From a virus (Duplodnaviria > Caudoviricetes), in IMG/VR virus record IMGVR_UViG_3300022913_000001, positions 1 to 51,567 of that record: a stretch of 51,567 nt of DNA. One strand, 5' to 3'. The notes under the pieces are model-generated. The model worked only from the letters and a program-made list of their open reading frames with translations, did no database searches and was not told where the DNA came from. Positions within the stretch are counted from its first letter, which is position 1; every line of letters begins with the position of its first letter. Below, one piece after another: positions 45,848 through 51,567 of this stretch. The position numbers and the translations under genes are program-made.

Positions 45848-47509
45848 ATGAAAAAATTAGAGCTGCGAGATTATCAAAAAGCAGTTATTAAAGAAACAAT
45901 ACAGTGCATAAAAGATAAGAATGAGCAAAAAAAACAATTGCAGGCGATGGAACAAACTCCAGAGGTGCGAGACAAACTGGTAAAGTTAAAAACTGACAAC
46001 ATATTACTTCAATTGCCAACAGGTGCAGGCAAAACAATCATTGCTACACAGTTAGTCGATATGTTTAGTAAGAAAGGTATCAGTGTTTTCTTTATAGTGC
46101 ATCGCAAAGAGTTAGTAGAGCAAACTGGCGATACTTTTAGTAAATACGGATTAGAGCATGGAATCATATCTGCAAAATCTACACCTAGGTATCACAGGCG
46201 TGTTCAGGTTTGCAGCGTGCAAACACTAGCTAATAGGCTTGACAGCATAGACAAACCGGATCGGTTAGTTATTATTTGGGATGAATGCCATCACATTGCG
46301 GCTTCTTCGTATAGAAAAATATTTGATTATTATAGTAGGGCTTTTAGTATTGGTTTATCAGCTACTCCAAGAAGATTGGATAATGCTGCATTAGCAAGAT
46401 ATTTTGATCGACTTTGCACTTTAAGCGATGTAATTAAAAGATATTTTAACCCTGAATACAGCCGTAGTTCTGTTCGTTGGTTAATAGACCAAGGCAATTT
46501 GTCGGATTACAGGTTATTTGCAGTGCCTTCTGTTAATAGAGATGATATTGATACTGTTGGCGGTCAATTTGTTGTTAAAGATGCTTCCGATAAAATGAAT
46601 GACAACATCATTGCAGGGCAAATAGTAGAAACATGGAAGAAGCATGCAGAAGGGTTAAAAACAATTGCTTTTGCAGTGGATGTAGATCATGCAGTAGGGT
46701 TGAGTAACTCCTTTAATAAACATGGCGTACCTGCAACATATGTTACGGGTAAATGTAAGGACCGTGCGGAAAAACTCCAGAGATTCGCTGAAGGTGATTT
46801 TGATGTTGTTGTTAATGTAGCGTTGTTTGATGAGGGTTTTGATATAGCTTCCGCTTCTGGTTTAGATGTTACTGTTAAATGCGTTATTAGTGCAGCCCCA
46901 ACTAAATCATTAGCCAAATGGTTGCAGATGTGTGGTAGAGCATTAAGAGCAAGTAAATGTGGTAAAAAAGCTATCATTCTTGATCATGCTCAAAACTCAT
47001 ACAAGATGGGCAAAGTTGAGCTTGGCTCACCTGATGTAGATCACAACTGGTCATTAAAAGGCGGTGAGATTAAAGAGGCTGGGGTCACCATTTGCGACGA
47101 GTGCCATTTTGCATACAAAATTGTTTTAAGTAGTTGCCCTGAATGTGGAGCAGAAAGAAAGAAACAGGAAAGAGACGGCGGAAGAAGTGTTAGTCAAGAT
47201 GATGACTTAGAACTAGTTGAGATGACTCCAGAAAGAGTTGCGGAAATAAAGAATAAAAAAGAGATTGATTTTCTTAACTGCAAAACGGTTGCAGAAGTAT
47301 TGAAAGTAGAAAAAATGCCAATTAATCAAGCAATCAGAAAACTAAATTATATTAAGGCAAAGCACAGAAGTATTTTACATATAACTAATCTAACAAAAGG
47401 CTGCAAAGCTTGGGATATACAGCTACCAGAATACGGCGACATTAGAATAAAAACTAATGACGAATTAAAGGACATTGCTTTAGATATAGAAGGAAGAATA
47501 GCAGGATGA
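45848..47509 (+). CDS. SF2 DExH helicase (RadD/YejH-like) with Zn ribbon
   Basis: LRDYQ, LPTGAGKT, DECHH, SATP, EGFD, QMCGRALR and CxxC...CPEC motifs. Confidence 0.93.
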   Translation: MKKLELRDYQKAVIKETIQCIKDKNEQKKQLQAMEQTPEVRDKLVKLKTDNILLQLPTGAGKTIIATQLVDMFSKKGISVFFIVHRKELVEQTGDTFSKYGLEHGIISAKSTPRYHRRVQVCSVQTLANRLDSIDKPDRLVIIWDECHHIAASSYRKIFDYYSRAFSIGLSATPRRLDNAALARYFDRLCTLSDVIKRYFNPEYSRSSVRWLIDQGNLSDYRLFAVPSVNRDDIDTVGGQFVVKDASDKMNDNIIAGQIVETWKKHAEGLKTIAFAVDVDHAVGLSNSFNKHGVPATYVTGKCKDRAEKLQRFAEGDFDVVVNVALFDEGFDIASASGLDVTVKCVISAAPTKSLAKWLQMCGRALRASKCGKKAIILDHAQNSYKMGKVELGSPDVDHNWSLKGGEIKEAGVTICDECHFAYKIVLSSCPECGAERKKQERDGGRSVSQDDDLELVEMTPERVAEIKNKKEIDFLNCKTVAEVLKVEKMPINQAIRKLNYIKAKHRSILHITNLTKGCKAWDIQLPEYGDIRIKTNDELKDIALDIEGRIAG

Positions 47510-47865
47510 ATGAAAACACTTTAACAAAAAAAATAATGCTGGCACTACCAAAACTAGTGCGAGTATTTAGGAATCATGTTGGAACAGTTAAGGACCAAAG
47601 AGGCGTTTGGCATAAATTTGGATTAATGCCAGGCAGTGCAGATTTAATTGGTTATGCTAAAATTAAAATTACACCAGATATGGTTGGCAAAACTATACCA
47701 GTTTTTACTTCATTAGAGGTAAAAACGGATAAAGGAAAACAGCATGAAGCTCAACTTAAATGGCAAAATGCCATGCATAACGCAAATGCAATTCATGGGG
47801 TAGTAAGAAGCCTCGAAGATGCAGAACAAATAGTTAACAACTGGAAACAGGAGCAAGAGAAATAA
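47506..47865 (+). CDS. VRR-NUC domain nuclease
   Basis: FRN.VG, G..G.ADLIG, LEVKT..G.....Q..W and VVRS motifs. Confidence 0.9.
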   Translation: MNENTLTKKIMLALPKLVRVFRNHVGTVKDQRGVWHKFGLMPGSADLIGYAKIKITPDMVGKTIPVFTSLEVKTDKGKQHEAQLKWQNAMHNANAIHGVVRSLEDAEQIVNNWKQEQEK

Positions 47866-48281
47866 TGGAAAATCAAATAAAAAAAGTAAGATTTTATTTA
47901 AAAGTAAATGAAATTACACAAACTAAGGCAATGGAAATTTTTAACACTAGCAGACCTCTAATTGTTAGAGCATCTAATTGGACAGACTATCAAAGACTAA
48001 AAATTTATACTGGAGCAGTAGATGGTTTAATTAAAGCTATTTTAGATAAGTTTGAAGGTAGAATTAGTGATGATAAGATTATCTTTTGCAAGGCGTTAAT
48101 ACATGCATTAGATATTAAGGCAGCTAATTTAGCTAAAGAGCTTGACTGTAGTGAGGCTGTCATGAGGAATGCAATTAATGGAGCCAGTAAAACCGCGTTT
48201 AAGCGGTTTTATGATCATGTTTTAAAAAGAACAGATGCAAAAAACCTGTTATCTCTACTAAATATTAATGCTCCATTATAG
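47865..48281 (+). CDS. Putative double-HTH (XRE/Cro-like) regulator
   Basis: ITQTKAMEIFNTSRPLI and IKAANLAKELDCSEAVMRNAING. Confidence 0.6.
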   Translation: MENQIKKVRFYLKVNEITQTKAMEIFNTSRPLIVRASNWTDYQRLKIYTGAVDGLIKAILDKFEGRISDDKIIFCKALIHALDIKAANLAKELDCSEAVMRNAINGASKTAFKRFYDHVLKRTDAKNLLSLLNINAPL

Positions 48282-48464
48282 GAGCATTATAGCCTCAAAT
48301 ATAGCTGCAAACACCAAGTATGCAGCTGCTAAATAACACCAAGTTCTTACTTCTTCTTTTGCAAGTTTCTTGTAAGCTTCACAGTTTTCGCCAGGCAACT
48401 TTCTCATATCATCGTTAATAGCAGATATCGATCTGAATTTAAGTTTGTTTAAAATATTTTTCAT
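48276..48464 (-). CDS. Small protein with C-terminal TM helix
   Basis: RBS AAGGAG; preceded by a motif copy at 48482-48499. Confidence 0.6.
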   Translation of the reverse strand: MKNILNKLKFRSISAINDDMRKLPGENCEAYKKLAKEEVRTWCYLAAAYLVFAAIFEAIMLL

Positions 48465-48518
48465 AAATTATCTCCTTTAAAATAAAATTAATTATAACAT
48501 ATTTTATATTAATTATCC

Positions 48519-48538
48519 TGTGGATAACCTGTGGATAA
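48519..48538 (-). promoter_or_regulatory. Two tandem perfect DnaA boxes (TTATCCACA)
   Basis: TGTGGATAA at 48519-48527 and 48530-48538. Confidence 0.85.
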
Positions 48539-48563
48539 CTTTTATTTTTATCTGTTAAGATTA

Positions 48564-48652
48564 TTTCTGCAAATGCAGAGTTTTGCAGAAGTTTTGCAAA
48601 GTTTTGCAAAGTTTTGCAGAAGTTTGCAGAAAAAAAAACAAATTTTGCAGAA
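48564..48652 (+). repeat. Iteron-like TTTGCA(G/A)A repeats (about 6) upstream of the initiator gene
   Basis: gttttgcagaa gttttgcaaa gttttgcaaa gttttgcagaa gtttgcagaa ... ttttgcagaa. Confidence 0.8.
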
Positions 48653-48746
48653 AAAAAAACAAAAAAAATTACTAAAAAACTTGCTAAAAAAAATAAAATT
48701 AACTAAATTCACTTCTAATCAACAAAGAATTATGGAGCATGTCAGC

Positions 48747-49568
48747 ATGGATTATTTGAACATTAATATACCTAAATTGCATGAAATTTTATTTACATTA
48801 ACCAGCGAAGAAAAAGCAGCTTTTATTTTGCTATGCACGCACTATTTTAAAACAGAGAAGCCGATATCTAATGATTTAAAAAGATTATCAAAACTTTTAA
48901 CAATCAATAACTTAGAGGTGTTAAAAACTGTTCTTGACTTGCATTTTGAATACGATGAAGAGTCTGAAACATACGATTGTGAGCTATTAAGACAAGCGTT
49001 ATCTACCGCTCAAAACAACCAAAAAAGGAAGCAAGAAATAGCAAAAGTTAGAGCTGAGGCAGCTAGGAAAAAAGCTGAAAAATACAAGCTTGTTAAAAAT
49101 ATTTCTGCAAATGCTCTGCAAAACTCTGCAAATGCACCACTAAATATAAATATAAATAATAAAGATAAATATAAAAACTTAGAAAAAAGTAACCAAAAAA
49201 GGAAGCCGAATTTTTCGGAGGCAGATTTTTCTTTTGCTAAGCATTTGCAATCCTGGATTGCAAACATATCCTCAATAGCAGGTGAAAAATTTAATCTTGA
49301 CAAATCGGCAAACGATATTAGACTGATTAGGGAGAGAGACAAGGTTAGCTTGGAGGAGCTTAGCAAGATAGTAGGATTTGCATTTAGTGGTAATTGGTGG
49401 ACTGATAAAATTACATCCACTAAATTTTTAAGAAACAATTTGGGAAAGATACAAGCTCAGATGAACGGAACATCTGCAAAGCAAAACAACAGCAACAGCA
49501 ACAGCACGGATAGCAGTAGCATTAAATCAGTTGGTAAGCACACAACCACTAAAGCGACAACATTCTAG
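48747..49568 (+). CDS. Replication initiator (DUF1376/YdaU-like N-terminus)
   Basis: LT.EE.AA...L...Y..TEKP...D..RL motif; probable start 48747 after GGAG; upstream of the DnaC-like gene. Confidence 0.8.
   Translation: MDYLNINIPKLHEILFTLTSEEKAAFILLCTHYFKTEKPISNDLKRLSKLLTINNLEVLKTVLDLHFEYDEESETYDCELLRQALSTAQNNQKRKQEIAKVRAEAARKKAEKYKLVKNISANALQNSANAPLNININNKDKYKNLEKSNQKRKPNFSEADFSFAKHLQSWIANISSIAGEKFNLDKSANDIRLIRERDKVSLEELSKIVGFAFSGNWWTDKITSTKFLRNNLGKIQAQMNGTSAKQNNSNSNSTDSSSIKSVGKHTTTKATTF
49102..49180 (+). other. Probable replication origin inside the initiator gene
   Basis: TCTGCAAA x3 (inverse of the upstream repeats) followed by an AT-only tract; lambda-O-like layout. Confidence 0.65.
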
Positions 49569-49577
49569 GAGGAGCCT

Positions 49578-50264
49578 ATGGCTAACACACTATTTAAGCA
49601 GTTTGAAAAAAAAATGAAAGAGCAAGGGGTTAATATTTTGGACAAAGCAAGCTTGAAAGAAAAAGTTGCGGAAATTGACAGGCTTGAGAGAATTAGATTG
49701 GCAGAATTGAACAAAGCAGCTGAAATTAATTTGCCAGCTAGATTTGATTCTACAGACCTGAAAAGCATTACACCAGACAAGCAGCAAAAAAATCTTTATG
49801 AGTTTTGTCAAAAACTAGTTCAAGCAGTTAGCAAAAAGCAGGAAAAAAATGGAATCATATTAGGTAGTGTAGGTTCTGGCAAAACTATGTTTCTTAGCAG
49901 TGCTGTAAACGAATTAGGCACGCAAGGATTTAATGGTTGCTTAGTTACCTTAGCTGACATGTTGTTAGGCATTAAAGCTGCTCATTCGCTGTCTATGGCT
50001 GCTGTTTACGAGAAGATAAAACACTTTTCGGAGGTTGCTTTGCTTGTTCTTGATGAGATAGATGCAGTTAAGTTTACCGAAAAAGATTTTGAATTGCTAA
50101 ACACCGTGATCAACAATCGGTACAATTCTCGGCTATCTACTGTGGTTTTAAGCAATAAAAATATAGATCAAGTTAAAGAAATACTTGGCGATAGAATTAT
50201 TGATAGATTGAGAACTAATGGCGGTTGTCAATTATCTGTAGACATGAGGTCAAAAAGAAGTTGA
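49578..50264 (+). CDS. DnaC/IstB-like helicase loader ATPase
   Basis: GSVGSGKT, LLVLDE, IN.RY....T...SN and G.RI.DRL motifs. Confidence 0.9.
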   Translation: MANTLFKQFEKKMKEQGVNILDKASLKEKVAEIDRLERIRLAELNKAAEINLPARFDSTDLKSITPDKQQKNLYEFCQKLVQAVSKKQEKNGIILGSVGSGKTMFLSSAVNELGTQGFNGCLVTLADMLLGIKAAHSLSMAAVYEKIKHFSEVALLVLDEIDAVKFTEKDFELLNTVINNRYNSRLSTVVLSNKNIDQVKEILGDRIIDRLRTNGGCQLSVDMRSKRS

Positions 50265-50420
50265 CAATTTAGTTTTTTTTTTATAATATGAATTTGTAAC
50301 AGTTTTTTACCATATTGTTTTAGTAAGTCTTTTTCTGTTACCATGGTTTGTTATTATTTGTTGTAATCATGATATATCCTTAGCCTCTATTGATGTTTGT
50401 TTTAATAGAGGTTTTTTTTT
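50261..50420 (+). ncRNA. Candidate small RNA of about 125 nt (promoter plus structured region plus terminator)
   Basis: TTGACA at 50261 and TATAAT near 50282; GTAACAG/CTGTTAC stem; terminator CCTCTATT...AATAGAGG-T run; no ORF. Confidence 0.45.
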
Positions 50421-50480
50421 GCTTTTTTTTTGTTTTTAATCTACATTTAAATTACCAACAATCAAAAAACTGGTATTTAA

Positions 50481-50684
50481 ATGCTGCCACTTATTACAAA
50501 ATCAGAGTTAGAGCTATTAATATCCGCATTTGATGTAAACACCTTGCTTGATAGCAAGAATTGTGAAGTTTTAGAAGATTCATTAAATCAAGATTCATCA
50601 CTAATCACATTAGCTTTTCCTTGTGGTGATTATCAAATCAAAACCATTAATCAAGAGGAAAAAGAAAATGCTTCTTTTATTTAG
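50481..50684 (+). CDS. Hypothetical protein
   Basis: 67-aa ORF, weak RBS. Confidence 0.45.
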   Translation: MLPLITKSELELLISAFDVNTLLDSKNCEVLEDSLNQDSSLITLAFPCGDYQIKTINQEEKENASFI

Positions 50685-50871
50685 TCATGTTTATTTAACA
50701 ACACAGTTCTACTCTAACAAAAAATTTATTAACAATTTTGGACTAATAATATTAATTTGCTATATGATATTTTTTGCCTTTTTGTTTGCAAGCACTACTG
50801 GATTTATTGCAGTCACTATTAATGTAATATTGTTTATTTTTAATTTTTTTGCGTTATTAGAGAAAATATAA
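50668..50871 (+). CDS. Small two-TM membrane protein
   Basis: RBS GAGGA; two hydrophobic helices. Confidence 0.55.
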   Translation: MLLLFSHVYLTTQFYSNKKFINNFGLIILICYMIFFAFLFASTTGFIAVTINVILFIFNFFALLEKI

Positions 50872-51078
50872 TGTTAATAATAATAACGCTACCTAGCAGC
50901 ACTATTAGAATTAAATACAATTATGATGTAACTTTAACAACTAAGGATGGAAAAAAAACACATTTCTGCAAAAGAAAATAATAATTATTTTGGTTTTTGT
51001 GTAATATAAAAACCTATTGTCTACAACCCTCTGTTTTAGTCTTTTTAAGAGGGTTTTTTTAAAAAAAGGAAAATATAT

Positions 51079-51567
51079 ATGAAAAATTTTATACCCGTAT
51101 TAGCAGTATTAGTATTTGTTACTGGATGCAATCTTAACGCAGATCACGCATTAAAAACTCTTGATGTTTCAAATTATACAGTTAAACCAGAAATAACTTT
51201 TAGCAATATTGAATTAAGAAATATAGATTTTATAAAAAAAAATAGCTTGTCTGGATGCAGCGATAAATCATTAATAGAAGATTGTTTGTCATTAATGGAA
51301 ATAAACAAATTAAAGAAATTTTCTAAAAAAGTTTTTGCTTTAAGCAATGCAAAAGCTTATGAAAAGCATGTTAATTACAAAGATGTTGCTAATGATGATT
51401 ACAAAGCAGATACAATTGCTCAATACAAAGATTCATTTAAAAATGATGAGATTTTAGTTTCTGAATTAAAAGATTATATTGACTATTTAAAAAGCATTTA
51501 TTCGTTAAACAACGAATTTAATTCAGCAATTAAAGCTTTAGATGCAACAGAACAATCAAAAATGATT
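51079..51567 (+). CDS. Lipoprotein (239 aa when joined to 1-358), absent from the ORF track
   Basis: RBS AAGGA; MKNFIPVLAVLVFVTG-C lipobox; open frame across the junction. Confidence 0.85.
   Translation, partial: MKNFIPVLAVLVFVTGCNLNADHALKTLDVSNYTVKPEITFSNIELRNIDFIKKNSLSGCSDKSLIEDCLSLMEINKLKKFSKKVFALSNAKAYEKHVNYKDVANDDYKADTIAQYKDSFKNDEILVSELKDYIDYLKSIYSLNNEFNSAIKALDATEQSKMI

Larger units (their letters stand above)
1..51567. mobile_element. Complete circular(ly permuted) myovirus-like bacteriophage genome, about 51,440 bp; probable gammaproteobacterial host
   Basis: Full set of head, contractile tail, terminase, lysis and replication genes; identical 127-bp ends; no host housekeeping genes. 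The host guess rests on the I-E repeat, IHF site and DnaA boxes. Confidence 0.93.

Noticed and set aside
44989-47509. Exonuclease and helicase as Cas4/Cas3 serving the array
   Set aside because: The nuclease lacks the Cas4 Fe-S cysteine pattern and pairs with RecT. The helicase has no HD domain and is a standard phage RadD-like enzyme beside VRR-NUC.
48531-48731. N-terminal extension of the initiator ORF
   Set aside because: It translates DnaA boxes, iterons and A-runs; the RBS supports a start at 48747 (or 48732).
506-49811. Numerous short antisense or nested ORFs in the track (for example 506..799, 20886..21290, 41879..42226, 49010..49438)
   Set aside because: They overlap well-supported genes on the opposite strand and have no recognisable motifs.
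1-51567. tRNA/rRNA genes, integrase, IS elements, alternative genetic code
   Set aside because: None recognised; standard-code ORFs tile the genome densely. A tRNAscan and HMM run would be needed to exclude them formally.

Overview
This window is an apparently complete, AT-rich tailed-phage genome of about 51,440 bp. Positions 1-127 are identical to 51441-51567, which looks like an assembly circularisation overlap. The head and contractile-tail module (6265-22241) resembles small myoviruses: DUF1073-type portal, gpF, DUF2213 protease, MCP, DUF4054 adaptor, sheath, tube, short tape measure and baseplate. It is followed by terminase genes (22663-24899), a second module of giant fibre-like genes (26813-36148), a leftward early region built from repeated terminator-promoter cassettes (36150-45820, including RecE/RecT-like genes) and a replication module (helicase, VRR-NUC, DnaA boxes and iterons, initiator, DnaC-like loader). 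I recognised no integrase, cas gene, reverse transcriptase or tRNA. The most interesting region is 2078-5214. A Cas-less type I-E CRISPR mini-array (6 repeats, 5 spacers) keeps an IHF-site leader and sits under a copy of the phage's own repeated promoter. Transcribed divergently from it is an operon that starts with a GC-rich pseudoknotted 5' RNA. That operon encodes three Sel1-repeat proteins, the last fused to an Acb4-like nucleotide-sponge domain, plus Gp49-like and PGDYG-like small proteins. A second notable module is a CsrA-like gene whose stop codon is followed by three GGA-loop hairpins covering the RBS of a 1674-aa fibre gene. All family assignments come from motif recognition by eye, not from database searches.
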